A stretch of 64,000 bases of DNA from positions 124,001 through 188,000 of the IMG/VR virus record IMGVR_UViG_3300031707_000001; one strand, written 5' to 3'. Positions 9,861 through 20,103 of the stretch are shown piece after piece. Position 1 is the stretch's first letter, and every line of letters starts with the position of its first letter. The notes beneath the pieces were generated by a model. The model saw only the letters and a program-made list of their open reading frames with translations. It was not told where the DNA came from and searched no databases. A program made the translations under genes and the position numbers.

Positions 9861-11474
9861 ATGCCAACATTGAACGACGTAACCCAAGCTCAATTTGATG
9901 CGGCTGAGGCGGTAGTGATTTCCTTGGTTCGAGCAGCATATCCTTCGTTGGATTTGCGCCGTGGAACAGTTCTTCGGGACATGCTGATTCGGCCGAATGC
10001 TGCTATCTATGCCAACAACGCAGATATGCTGGCAGAACTACAGACTCGTATGTCACTGGTGAACCTGGCTGCCAGTCCAACACCTGTTCCGGCAGAATGG
10101 GCAAACGCTATTCTGGCCAATTTCGGTGTTACACTGAATGCAGGTACCGCAGCTACCGGACTTGCCAAAGTTGTTGTAAACGGAGCCCGGACCTACAATC
10201 TTTCCATAGGGTTCCAGTTGACAACATTGAGTGGTTTGCTTTATGCAACTACGCAGAACTACACCGTTAAAGTTGAGGCTGATACGTCTACTGGGGAGAT
10301 AGAACTGGTCCCAGTAGGTGATGGCAACTACTATTTTATTCTTCCTGTGACAGCCATAGCCACTGGGTCCCAATACGTTATTACGCAAGGTACAGCGTTG
10401 GATGACGTGACAACACTTTACAGCTTTGTTGCAGCAGAAGCCTATATAGATTTCAGTGGCGGAACATCAGCCGAAACCTTGGATGAAGCCCTAGTGCGTC
10501 TACCGGCAGCGGTTTCCTATAGGGCTTTGGAATCCAGAACCTCGATTTATACAAAACTGCATAACGCATTTCCGGTAATTCAGGCTTTGGGAATCCAAGG
10601 ATACGGCGATCCGGCACAATTACGAGACAAACACAATCCTATGGGGTTTGCTGTGGGTAGTCGGGTAGACATCTATGCTCGTACGTTTACGATGCCGGCG
10701 ACTGTGGTACTGACAAAGACAGCCACGCAAATCGGAGCCAACACGTTCCAGTTTACGATTGGGCGCACAGAGGCTCCTGGCTACTACATAATCAAATCGA
10801 TCACCGAGACGGATTCGTCGGTTAGTCCTGGAAGTTCAGCAGTACCGATAGGTTCGTATACTTTTACTGAAGTACGGGAAGCAGACGGATTGCAGAATAC
10901 TTTCCATGATATTGATCCAGCCAATGGTATGATCGAGACAGCTTACTCCATCTACCAGAAATCGACCGTGATCGTTACAGGTGTACCTGTTGTTGCAACC
11001 ACGCACAGTTTCAAGGTTACGGTTTATGTGGCGCCATCCTTGACAGAAGTGCAGAACTATGTGGACAATGCAGATATCCGAAATCTGGAAGGCGATTATG
11101 TTATGCGTTGTCCGTTGATGTGTTTGGTAGAATTGACAGCGCCCGTGCACTACAAGGCCAAGACGCCTATTGATGTAGAAAAGATGCGTACAGATGTGTA
11201 TAATTACATCAACGCACGCAATTTCGTGGGTCGTTTGACACGTTCCGAACTGGCTTCGATCTTAAGGGACGATGGGGCGGCCTGGGTCGACCTCGCACCA
11301 AACGGTATGATACTAAATGGTACAATAAGGGATGCCGCCGGCGCCATTCTGCATTTGACCGGCGATGCTTTGGATATCGAAACCGTTTATGATCCTCAAA
11401 AACTGGTGACGGCGGATACGGTGGTCTTTGCCACCGAACTATCCAACATAAACATCGTGGCCATACCCGAATGA
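9861..11474 (+). CDS. Baseplate J-like protein
   Basis: DLRRGTVLRDMLIRP, ATGLAKV, VTAIATGSQY and FSGGTSAET patterns typical of gpJ/gp47; GAGG RBS. Confidence 0.75.
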   Translation: MPTLNDVTQAQFDAAEAVVISLVRAAYPSLDLRRGTVLRDMLIRPNAAIYANNADMLAELQTRMSLVNLAASPTPVPAEWANAILANFGVTLNAGTAATGLAKVVVNGARTYNLSIGFQLTTLSGLLYATTQNYTVKVEADTSTGEIELVPVGDGNYYFILPVTAIATGSQYVITQGTALDDVTTLYSFVAAEAYIDFSGGTSAETLDEALVRLPAAVSYRALESRTSIYTKLHNAFPVIQALGIQGYGDPAQLRDKHNPMGFAVGSRVDIYARTFTMPATVVLTKTATQIGANTFQFTIGRTEAPGYYIIKSITETDSSVSPGSSAVPIGSYTFTEVREADGLQNTFHDIDPANGMIETAYSIYQKSTVIVTGVPVVATTHSFKVTVYVAPSLTEVQNYVDNADIRNLEGDYVMRCPLMCLVELTAPVHYKAKTPIDVEKMRTDVYNYINARNFVGRLTRSELASILRDDGAAWVDLAPNGMILNGTIRDAAGAILHLTGDALDIETVYDPQKLVTADTVVFATELSNINIVAIPE

Positions 11475-13093
11475 AAACACTTGCTATACCGATTGAGAAC
11501 TTCGTAAAGAACGGCAATACCCTTGTCGACTGGATGGGTACTTTCTGGACTCGAATCTACGAAAATTCCGACCTGGTCAAGAATGTACAGCAAGGGGGAG
11601 GATTGCTGCTTGCCCAACTTTACCTGGACTTCATGGAAAGTGTGTCGCTCATAAACCGAAACGAAGTTCCTGCATTTCATCGGGAACGTTGGATGCCTCT
11701 GGTCATACGCCTGTCTCAAGCCGGGACTGGAAAGGCTACGTTGATAAAAGCAGGTATGGTTCCAACGCCAGTGATTGGACCTCAGACAGGTTCGGAATTT
11801 GTGCCCGGAGAAGTCTTCAAGGTGGGTGGAAATGCCGAATATGCCGCTGCAATAAGTTATCCACTAAGCGTTGATATTGAAGATGTCATAACGTGCATTT
11901 CGGATAACATTCTATCACCAAAGGTGGTGCTTGTTCGTGACCAGGATTTCATTGTAGAAGAGAACACAATCGTATTCTTGAAACAGAACGATCCGTTCAA
12001 GATGAGTGCTTTTCCGCAGCGTGACCTGAATAATGACAAAGAGATACTCCTGTGGGCCTGTGATACGCTCGTGGATAAGGAATACGTTTACAAGTACTTA
12101 AGCTATGTATTGGGGATCGAGGCAACTTCAACGGAGTACTTCCAAAAGATGGTAAATGCGCTGTGGAATGCCTATAACTATGGCACTCCGATAGGCGTGT
12201 TCAAGAGCGCCGTGGGAGCCATTTTGGGTGAGCCTACGATAATACATGCAACTGAAACGGTACAGGCCATCATTGCCGGCAACGCCTATACCCAGGTGAT
12301 TACGGATAAGGAAGTTTACAACGTGTCGAAAGCGTCGACACTCAGGGACGTATGTGTCGTTGGTGGAATCTTGCAGATGGGTGAATTTCTAACCGAAACC
12401 GTGCGCTTGTATGAAACCCTGGATCCGATGAAACTGATGGCCGTAAGCGAATTCGGAAACAGGTTCCGGAACGATGTTCGTAGTTTGTTTTTTGAAAAGG
12501 CGTTGCTTCGAAGTCCGTTGCATTTTGGCGTGGGCGCCAGCTATGATGAGTCAGATATCGTAGTAGCCGGATTGGATAGCCAAGGCAACCCACGGATGAA
12601 GTTTACGGTTTATGGAAATCCTGATGACATCTCGTTGTTTTGGCAGGACTTCTGGCAATATCTGGAAGACCACAATATTACAAGTGAGACTTGTTTTCAG
12701 GCATATCTTGATGATATAGTATTGCCTGTTGACGGTACTGTTGTCGGGCATGTTCCTCCGCTGGAATACTTTCTTCGATACTTCATGCGGGCTAATGCCA
12801 TGGTCCTTGTGGTAGAAAGGAACAAGCTGGCAACTCCACCAGAAGGTATTGATCCGGTTGGACGTTTGCAGTTGTTGCGTCCTGTGCTTCCAGCCCATAT
12901 CATGTTGATTACGGTAGAGCATCAGTATCCCGAAGCACAGGAATATGATTTGGATGATTTAGGCAGTAATCTTGAACAAATGCAGGCATTGACGGTAACA
13001 AGTTCAGCGGTGCCAGGTGGTCCGTCTACGGCAACGTTGACATATAAGGATCGTCCTCCGGTAATACGGTGGATCGCACAATGTGGGAGTTAA
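11471..13093 (+). CDS. Baseplate wedge/tail protein (gpI-like position)
   Basis: ATGA overlap with the J-like gene; C-terminal LRPVLPAH motif as in gpI-like proteins. Confidence 0.55.
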   Translation: MKTLAIPIENFVKNGNTLVDWMGTFWTRIYENSDLVKNVQQGGGLLLAQLYLDFMESVSLINRNEVPAFHRERWMPLVIRLSQAGTGKATLIKAGMVPTPVIGPQTGSEFVPGEVFKVGGNAEYAAAISYPLSVDIEDVITCISDNILSPKVVLVRDQDFIVEENTIVFLKQNDPFKMSAFPQRDLNNDKEILLWACDTLVDKEYVYKYLSYVLGIEATSTEYFQKMVNALWNAYNYGTPIGVFKSAVGAILGEPTIIHATETVQAIIAGNAYTQVITDKEVYNVSKASTLRDVCVVGGILQMGEFLTETVRLYETLDPMKLMAVSEFGNRFRNDVRSLFFEKALLRSPLHFGVGASYDESDIVVAGLDSQGNPRMKFTVYGNPDDISLFWQDFWQYLEDHNITSETCFQAYLDDIVLPVDGTVVGHVPPLEYFLRYFMRANAMVLVVERNKLATPPEGIDPVGRLQLLRPVLPAHIMLITVEHQYPEAQEYDLDDLGSNLEQMQALTVTSSAVPGGPSTATLTYKDRPPVIRWIAQCGS

Positions 13094-13095
13094 CC

Positions 13096-13710
13096 ATGCG
13101 AATGAACAGTAATATGCAAAATTGGGCTAGGGGTCAGGTTCGTGGATATTTCTTCAACCCTAAGACCCTCGAACAGTGGGGCCACTTCCACATTAAGAAT
13201 GTAATCACCTACCGTGCTGCGGACATTATGGCACGCTTGCTTGGTGGAGACTCCAGCTACGTTCCGGGCTACATGGGTTTTGTCTATGGGGCATCAGCAA
13301 CTCCAGGTGCTGCGTTGATTGAACCGCCAACAGACCGGGAACAGACATGGGATAATTTGGCCGTTGAATTGGGCGATCCGGGAGTAACCGGAAATGTATT
13401 GATTACGCCTTTGACTGCGGGGCCAAGCTATGTTGTGGATGGCGATGCAAACAAATACAATGGCAACTCTGTTAACCTAGTAGCGCATACGGGCTCCCGG
13501 TTGGAATATGGTTTTCCTACCAGTTCACCGTATGCCGGCGTGTTGGCTGATGGGAATTACTTTTATCACGCCATGCTAATCACTCGTCTGGTTTCTGGAT
13601 CCACAATTACCTATTTACCTTTTGCCAGAGTTACATTGAAAGGTAGCAGTTATCCACAAAAGTCGGTCGGAAGTGAATTGGCGTTGTTTTGGAACGTTTC
13701 GTTTTTCTAA
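13096..13710 (+). CDS. Hypothetical baseplate/fibre-attachment protein
   Basis: KNVIT...FARVT...K....LALFWNVSF pattern resembles phage tail-fibre attachment domains. Confidence 0.5.
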   Translation: MRMNSNMQNWARGQVRGYFFNPKTLEQWGHFHIKNVITYRAADIMARLLGGDSSYVPGYMGFVYGASATPGAALIEPPTDREQTWDNLAVELGDPGVTGNVLITPLTAGPSYVVDGDANKYNGNSVNLVAHTGSRLEYGFPTSSPYAGVLADGNYFYHAMLITRLVSGSTITYLPFARVTLKGSSYPQKSVGSELALFWNVSFF

Positions 13711-13717
13711 TAATCAC

Positions 13718-14353
13718 ATGAACGTTATCTATTCTATAAGTAATTGTGTTGATGGGCAGACCTATATAGGCCAGTCATGCATAGGTTACAAAGAGCGTTG
13801 GAAGCGTCACCGTTTGCTGTTGAATGCTAATGCACACTTTAATACGCATTTGCAACGTGCATGGAATAAGTATGGAGCAGACAACTTTGAATTTAAGGTG
13901 TTATCACAGAATATTCCTGAATCATGGTTAGATCTTTCAGAGAGAGGTTGGATATTATTTCATAGACATACTTCTGGATGTTATAACCTTACTTCTGGCG
14001 GTAATACCCGAAAGCATTTTGCAGAAGAAACCAAATACAAAATTAGTGTTGCTACGCAGGGTCGGATACCTTGGAATCAGGGTAAACATACGTGCACTGA
14101 AGCACAAAGACAGATGTTGCGAGAACAGATGCTTGGCAATACACATGCTTGTGGTACAATACATTCAGCAGAGTTTTGTCGTCAAGTTAGTTTGCGTAGT
14201 TTGGGTAACAAGTTCTGGGCAGAACGTATCGGATATATGCATTCACCAGCGACCAAACAAAAAATGCAGTTAGCACACATTGGTTGCTGTCATTCAGAAG
14301 AGACCAAACAAAAACTCCGGGACGCTGCAAAACGTCGCTGGGCGAAGGAGTAG
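13718..14353 (+). CDS. Free-standing GIY-YIG homing endonuclease with NUMOD3-like repeats
   Basis: VIYSI...TYIGQS...RWKRH...HFNTHLQRAWNKYG...YNL; C-terminal HSxETKxK repeats. Confidence 0.9.
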   Translation: MNVIYSISNCVDGQTYIGQSCIGYKERWKRHRLLLNANAHFNTHLQRAWNKYGADNFEFKVLSQNIPESWLDLSERGWILFHRHTSGCYNLTSGGNTRKHFAEETKYKISVATQGRIPWNQGKHTCTEAQRQMLREQMLGNTHACGTIHSAEFCRQVSLRSLGNKFWAERIGYMHSPATKQKMQLAHIGCCHSEETKQKLRDAAKRRWAKE

Positions 14354-14358
14354 ATAAA

Positions 14359-17352
14359 ATGAGTCTTTGGGTTGCCGTACATGGCTTGGTTAATAACACG
14401 GATAAGTTGGATGCTGAAACTCTCAATCGGCCCATCTTCGAACTGACGGAACGCACGAACTATCTCTATAATAATCTGCAGTCGTTGATGGCAGCGGGTA
14501 TTTTTGAATCAGTTCGGCTCCCCGATGCTTCCCTGATTACTGTAGGAGCCGCTGCACCGGCCGTAGGAGATTTTGTCTACCTGCATCCCGTGGAAGGGAA
14601 GTATGCCAAAGCACAGGCAGACGTTGATGTTGATACTTTGCTGGCTACTGACTCTTCACTGGCCGTTGGACTGCTGATCTACAAAAATGGCAGCACAGGC
14701 ACAATCGTGCTATATGGAAAAGCTGAACTAACCGGACAGAACTACAGTACGATGTTGGAGTCTGGAGAATCATTCCGCAACGGTCCGTACTTTCTGTCGG
14801 CGTTGACAGCCGGCAAAATGACAGCGGCACCATCTGGCCCTTCGATCTACCTGGGCTATTTCATGCAAGATCCTTTGAACCCGGGCTATGGTGGATATGC
14901 ACTCCTAAGCCCACAATACAAGGATGTAGACGAAGCCCACGTACATCGATCTTATCCATTGTTTGCGCAGCCTGCGGGTACCCAATTTGTATCAGGTCCG
15001 ACACCGACTGATACGCATGCCGTTCTTGGTTTTGAACCCGTTATGCCGGCAGCAGGTGGGGACCATCTTTCTCGCACAGTCATAGCTGGTACCTGGGCGG
15101 GTTTGGAAGATGTTGACTATACGATCTGGTTGTCGGCTTCTTCGGATCCCAACGAGGTATTGGGTGCAACGACCAAACCAACTGATTTCAGCGATGCTTA
15201 CCTGCATTGGTCTTCCAGCGATATCCTGGAAGGCAAAGGCGCCGTGCGTGTATGGTCATATGATACTGTGTATGCATTCGGTACAAAAGGAGCAACCATA
15301 GCTCTACAGAATCCAGATACTACGAGTTGGAATACTCCATATACGTCCGCATCGGACGATGAAGATAAGCGTACATGGATTGTCAATGTGCCAAGTCAAA
15401 CGGCAGGGTGGCTTGCCCGTTATTCTCGATTGTACTTTGACGATCACCCAGCAGTAGACAATAAGTTTTCTTTCATCCTTCAGGGTGGGCCTGCCGACAA
15501 CGGTGACAGCAGGGAATGGGACCAGGTTACAGTAAAGGCCGGAGAACTGCATCGGATTGTATATACTACCAATCCTTCAGCAGCGCAAACGGTGACCATA
15601 GGTACAACGGTATTTGAGTTCAATACGGTACTGACAGTCGGAACCGTTCTTGTTGGTATTGGTACAGATGCCGATGAGTCGTTCCAGAATCTGTTGAATG
15701 CGATCATCAATGCAGGTTTGACGGGTATTGATGCAGCATTGAACATAGACGATGGACATCTCATGGTTTGTACGCCAACTACGACAACCGTATCCACGAC
15801 AGTAACAGGTGCATCAGCTAGTACAGTCTTTACTCCTGGTACTGGTAACCTGGCGTCAGGAACGGCAGCATTCTTGGTATATGATCAATATCACAAGGCA
15901 TTGGTGGCCACAACATCCTATTGGGGTGCTGCAATATACTGGACACCCAAAGCACTCAAGAACAACCTTAGCATTATTCCAATTCCGTACGATAGCGATG
16001 GTGCCGCCGCAACGGCAGATACCGTTGCTGTAGGCGATTACTGGGATGCGGAATATTCAGACGAGGCGCCTGGAGCGTATTTTGTATACTCTATGGGTAT
16101 GCATTCCAGCTTGAATGTATACTACCCACCGCTTCCGATAAGTGCTGCAGGTTTGATTCTGAACGGAGTGGAAATGGATTCCATGGACCAGTTCCCTCTC
16201 GATCCTACATATCGGACTGGTCGCAGCAGCATTTACTGGTATCCAGATTTGTTGGGTTCGGTGCCTTGGCCGAGAGATTGGGTTGATGTCAATAATCCAG
16301 GATCGTTGGCATATCAACAGCATTTGCTGTTCCGTTTCGTCACCATGTCAACCGGAGAAACCGGTTTGGTTACATCATGCCAGCCGGCACCAAATTCACC
16401 GATCAAGATTCTGCGTTGCGGAACAAACGAACCAGCAACATCGGGCGATCTTGCTTTCGATTTGAATCTGGAAATGTCCGAATCGAATGAGAACCTGGCA
16501 GGCTATCAGGTATTCAAACGGGCAACGGGTTCGAAGTTGCGTAAGGGGCCGGTGGTCGAAAAGGTTACATCCCGGGATGGGACGGTTGTAATCAGCTCCA
16601 GCAGCGGGGCGCCATCTGGTCAGGGCATAGTGGATCTAAGCGTAGGCTCCTTCCGCTACGAAGGCGACTTCGAAGAAGTGGCATTGCAGAATGCCAAACA
16701 GGAACTGATTGGCATGTTCCCGTATATTCGGCTGTTAGCTTCAACCAGCATACCATCCGGATTCGTGGCCAAGTTCCGTGTGCCACACACAGCGGGAGAC
16801 GCTACATACAAGGTCATTGTGTACATGACAGTATTTGGGGAAACGAGCATCCCGTATGTTGGTGGAGGATCCAAGCAATATGCAGGCGTTGACTTCTCAT
16901 ACTCTATATTGCCGGATTACACCCCATCCACACCACCAGGCGATCCGACCAATTATCCAGCTTGGAACTCGTTGGATCAAAACCTATCTGTTACCGATCG
17001 GTTAGGAATCATGGCTACAGGTACTCCAATCCATGCGGATATCCCGATCGGTAAATTTGACATCACAGGCGCTACTCCAACCTATACGGCCTATGATCCT
17101 ATGCTGATCCACAATAATCCGGCAGAACTGCCGGCTACCGATGAAGATCGTAAGATTGCCCAGGTATTGGGCAATCCGTTCCCGACAGCAGGAGACCTGG
17201 TATACTGGGATGTTGGCGCCTGGGGCGATCCAGACGTCCGGCCGGGCAGTCTGGTGGCTATCCGTATCCAGCGGTCAAATGCTGTGGCTACGCCGGCGTA
17301 CACTGGTACTTTGGGATTCATAAGTATTCGGTGGCGTCTGGTAGCAGTATAG
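14359..17352 (+). CDS. Large virion structural protein (tail/baseplate-associated)
   Basis: About 1000 aa, beta-rich. N-terminal NRPIFELTERTNYL and GDFVYL...AVGL...YFLSA..AGKMT motifs are seen in phage structural proteins. Confidence 0.6.
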   Translation: MSLWVAVHGLVNNTDKLDAETLNRPIFELTERTNYLYNNLQSLMAAGIFESVRLPDASLITVGAAAPAVGDFVYLHPVEGKYAKAQADVDVDTLLATDSSLAVGLLIYKNGSTGTIVLYGKAELTGQNYSTMLESGESFRNGPYFLSALTAGKMTAAPSGPSIYLGYFMQDPLNPGYGGYALLSPQYKDVDEAHVHRSYPLFAQPAGTQFVSGPTPTDTHAVLGFEPVMPAAGGDHLSRTVIAGTWAGLEDVDYTIWLSASSDPNEVLGATTKPTDFSDAYLHWSSSDILEGKGAVRVWSYDTVYAFGTKGATIALQNPDTTSWNTPYTSASDDEDKRTWIVNVPSQTAGWLARYSRLYFDDHPAVDNKFSFILQGGPADNGDSREWDQVTVKAGELHRIVYTTNPSAAQTVTIGTTVFEFNTVLTVGTVLVGIGTDADESFQNLLNAIINAGLTGIDAALNIDDGHLMVCTPTTTTVSTTVTGASASTVFTPGTGNLASGTAAFLVYDQYHKALVATTSYWGAAIYWTPKALKNNLSIIPIPYDSDGAAATADTVAVGDYWDAEYSDEAPGAYFVYSMGMHSSLNVYYPPLPISAAGLILNGVEMDSMDQFPLDPTYRTGRSSIYWYPDLLGSVPWPRDWVDVNNPGSLAYQQHLLFRFVTMSTGETGLVTSCQPAPNSPIKILRCGTNEPATSGDLAFDLNLEMSESNENLAGYQVFKRATGSKLRKGPVVEKVTSRDGTVVISSSSGAPSGQGIVDLSVGSFRYEGDFEEVALQNAKQELIGMFPYIRLLASTSIPSGFVAKFRVPHTAGDATYKVIVYMTVFGETSIPYVGGGSKQYAGVDFSYSILPDYTPSTPPGDPTNYPAWNSLDQNLSVTDRLGIMATGTPIHADIPIGKFDITGATPTYTAYDPMLIHNNPAELPATDEDRKIAQVLGNPFPTAGDLVYWDVGAWGDPDVRPGSLVAIRIQRSNAVATPAYTGTLGFISIRWRLVAV

Positions 17353-17361
17353 GAGGTTCAT

Positions 17362-17958
17362 ATGCGAGCGATTAGCTTACCCGCTTCATATGGTGTGAAC
17401 TATACCCTTGGTGATATTGGTTTTCAATTCGTAGACAATAGCTTTCTATCGGAAGGTATTGTGTTTTTTACTGGATGGGAAGCCATGTCAGATATCAAAG
17501 TATCACACTCATTCGTGATAACCGGACAAAACGAATGCATCGAATCGTTGAGTAATGGTGTGGATCAATCCACACTAGCGGAACGATTTGCCAGTTCGCA
17601 TACCCACGTAACTATTCGCCGTCCTGTAGATCTTACATTGCAGAGGGGTATGGATATTGTGAAGCGGGCGACATCGCTTTTGGGCACACCATATGATTTT
17701 CGATTGCTTGCTGGCATGATAGCAGCTAACAGTCGCCTGGTGAGATGGTTGCCAACAGTAATTTACATGGCCTATCGCCGCAAGGTTTGTTGGTACGCCC
17801 ATACTGAAGGTCAGTTGATCTGCGATGGCTTGTGTGTGAAGGCTTTGAACGCAGTACCCGAATATGCAGCAGCGTTGCCAGAAGAGTATTATGTTTATGA
17901 TCCGCAGATGCTTTTCGAGGACACAGTTGTATTCAAACCGTGGAAGAAGACTTTATGA
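17362..17958 (+). CDS. Permuted papain-like NlpC/P60 (YiiX/YaeF-like) protein
   Basis: GDI, then SHS (His), then A..LLGTPYDF, then ICDGL (Cys): His-before-Cys permuted order. AGGAGG RBS. Confidence 0.75.
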   Translation: MRAISLPASYGVNYTLGDIGFQFVDNSFLSEGIVFFTGWEAMSDIKVSHSFVITGQNECIESLSNGVDQSTLAERFASSHTHVTIRRPVDLTLQRGMDIVKRATSLLGTPYDFRLLAGMIAANSRLVRWLPTVIYMAYRRKVCWYAHTEGQLICDGLCVKALNAVPEYAAALPEEYYVYDPQMLFEDTVVFKPWKKTL

Positions 17959-18866
17959 GCAACATCAATGCTGAATGGCTCAACGAAAATTCTCTGCGCA
18001 ACTACCCATTTCGGGAAGATGCCCGGCTGATGCCGGTCGACGGTAGCGGCACAGTAATCTCGGACATTCGTATTCCCAACTATCTGGTTGTGGATTTCGT
18101 AATGACGATGCCCAGCGACCTGCCACAACATGTCTACCTGTCTCAACTTTCCAAGGTGGGTAAGCTTTTGACATTTGTCATCGTCGATGGTCTCGGCACG
18201 GTTATTACTACGCTGGCAGTTACCTATCCAACACCTGGCGCAAACCAGGAATATGACTTGGTTGGAAGTTTTGATTACAGCGATGCACGAGGAAAAATTG
18301 TACTGGGCGATCTTTCCCGTATTGACGAGGACCTTCCTGAAGGAATCTACACGTTTCAATTGACCGATGCTGAGTTCGAATTTACCACAGTTCGGCCGGC
18401 CGTTCGTGGCGTTCGCACACTGCAATTGGACAATAATGGTACGCTATCAGGATACATTACTGGACACGTCAAGTTGCTGGCTGGCGACAATGTACGGCTG
18501 ACGTACTTGCCAGCCTACAATGCCATTCGGATCGATGCAATCAGTAGCGGTGGCTTGAACGAGGAGTGCGATTGTGCCACAGTAATCGGGCGGCGAAACA
18601 TTGTGCGTACAATCAACGGTATCGCTTTGGAAGACTTAACAATTACGGGTGATGGGCAATGCGTTACCGTGGAGACGGCAGATAACAAAGTGGTTATCAG
18701 CGATGTTTGCTCCACACCTTGCTGCGGATGTCCGGAGTTGGAATTTCTGACGCAACAGCTCAAGATACTGGATGCCACGTTGTCCAATTTACAGAGCTAT
18801 GCCAATCAGCTCAACAATCAAATCACGACGTTCGTGAGTACGTTCGTCCTTACAATAGGCGCATAA
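17955..18866 (+). CDS. Structural protein, paralogue 1 of the N.N..R.YPF family
   Basis: EWLNENSLRNYPFRE; VRTINGI; PCCGCPEL; C-terminal coiled coil. Confidence 0.6.
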   Translation: MSNINAEWLNENSLRNYPFREDARLMPVDGSGTVISDIRIPNYLVVDFVMTMPSDLPQHVYLSQLSKVGKLLTFVIVDGLGTVITTLAVTYPTPGANQEYDLVGSFDYSDARGKIVLGDLSRIDEDLPEGIYTFQLTDAEFEFTTVRPAVRGVRTLQLDNNGTLSGYITGHVKLLAGDNVRLTYLPAYNAIRIDAISSGGLNEECDCATVIGRRNIVRTINGIALEDLTITGDGQCVTVETADNKVVISDVCSTPCCGCPELEFLTQQLKILDATLSNLQSYANQLNNQITTFVSTFVLTIGA

Positions 18867-18883
18867 CATTTTACGGATAAATA

Positions 18884-18912
18884 TTGACATAAAGCGTTTT
18901 ATGTAATAGACT
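18884..18912 (+). promoter_or_regulatory. Sigma-70 promoter with an internal palindrome
   Basis: TTGACA-17 nt-TAGACT; ACATAAA-gcgt-TTTATGT inverted repeat at 18887-18904. Confidence 0.75.
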
Positions 18913-18918
18913 ATGCTT

Positions 18919-19053
18919 ATGAAGATAATAAATAAGGCCGCCCAAGCACTTGGTAGACTGGGAAAAGGTAGACCTAAAACGCTTTCAAAAGCAGAACGGA
19001 AACGCCGCTCTGATTGGATGATACATCTTAATGGAATTAGAAAATTACAATGA
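18919..19053 (+). CDS. 44-aa basic protein, probably leaderless, coupled to tnpB
   Basis: MKIINKAAQALGRLGKGRPKTLSKAERKRRSDWMIHLNGIRKLQ. ATG lies 6 nt after the -10 box and the stop overlaps the tnpB start (ATGA). Not in the supplied ORF track. Confidence 0.7.
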   Translation: MKIINKAAQALGRLGKGRPKTLSKAERKRRSDWMIHLNGIRKLQ

Positions 19054-20102
19054 TCGTCCGAACACTAAAACTTCGTTTGACAAAAGTGCAAGAAACCATA
19101 CTCAATCAGTGGCTTTGGCATCTTACTGGAGTCTGGAATTGGGCCATTAAGAAGATTGAACACGATGCACACGATAAGATTTATCATTTCAAATTTAACT
19201 TTATTAACCTTGTAGCTAATCATAGTAAATGTATGGGAGTTCCCTCGCACGTTATGCAAGGCATTCTTAGCCAAGCATATTTATCGTGGCAACGTTGTTT
19301 CAAGAAATTGGGCGGAAAACCACACCTTAAAGGACAACGCAATAAGCTTAACTCCATCCCGTTTCCGGATCCAATCAAATTTCCCAAAGATGGCAAAATC
19401 GGTATTCTGGGAATCGGAAAGGTCAGATTTTACAAACAGGATCTTCCTGATGCTAAAATCAAATGTGGGCGTATTGTTCACAGAGCGTCAGGTTGGTACC
19501 TTTGTTTATGGTTTGATTGTGACCACAAGTTTTTTGTAAAGCAAACAGATAAAGCTGTTGGTATCGATCCTGGCTTCAAAACTTTGCTAACGCTTTCCGA
19601 TGGCGTTAAAATTGAGAACCCGAGAGAACTTCATAGGGGTTCTGAACGTTTAGCACAAGCGCAACGAGGCAAACGTAAGCATCTTTCGGCTCGTTTGCAG
19701 GAACGTCAAGCCAATCGTCGGAGAGACCGAAACCACAAGATTTCCAGAAAGCTTGTTGAGAATTACAAGACTATATGCTATTCTGATGACAGTTTCAAAG
19801 GGATGGTAAAGCGTTTTGGAAAAAGCGTTAGCGAGGCAGGACTATCACAATTGGTACAAATGCTTGCGTACAAGTGCCGTACAGGCAGTCGTGAGCTAGT
19901 GCCAGTTGAATCTTTCAATACCACCAAGACCTGCTCGGTTTGCGGAGCCCTAACCGGCCCCACAGGACTTAGCGGGCTTGCGGTAAGGCAATGGACGTGC
20001 TCCGCTTGTGGGGCGGATTTGGACCGGGACATTAATGCGGCCCAAAACGTTTTGTTTGCCGGGCTCGGAGCGAGCCACTTGACAGAAATCCCCGGAGGTT
20101 AA
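19050..20102 (+). CDS. tnpB: TnpB-family RNA-guided endonuclease-like protein (IS200/IS605/IS607 type)
   Basis: N-terminal RTLKLRL...VWNWA, RuvC-I VGIDPG, zinc finger CSVC...CSAC, RuvC-III DRDINAA. No tnpA nearby. Confidence 0.92.
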   Translation: MIVRTLKLRLTKVQETILNQWLWHLTGVWNWAIKKIEHDAHDKIYHFKFNFINLVANHSKCMGVPSHVMQGILSQAYLSWQRCFKKLGGKPHLKGQRNKLNSIPFPDPIKFPKDGKIGILGIGKVRFYKQDLPDAKIKCGRIVHRASGWYLCLWFDCDHKFFVKQTDKAVGIDPGFKTLLTLSDGVKIENPRELHRGSERLAQAQRGKRKHLSARLQERQANRRRDRNHKISRKLVENYKTICYSDDSFKGMVKRFGKSVSEAGLSQLVQMLAYKCRTGSRELVPVESFNTTKTCSVCGALTGPTGLSGLAVRQWTCSACGADLDRDINAAQNVLFAGLGASHLTEIPGG

Positions 20103-20103
20103 T

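Noticed and set aside
13673-14358. Group I intron around the GIY-YIG gene
   Set aside because: There is no room for an intron core, and the flanking genes look complete.
18867-20103. Complete autonomous IS200/IS605 or IS607 element
   Set aside because: No Y1 or serine transposase gene; the upstream ORF is only 44 aa and lacks HuH or resolvase motifs.
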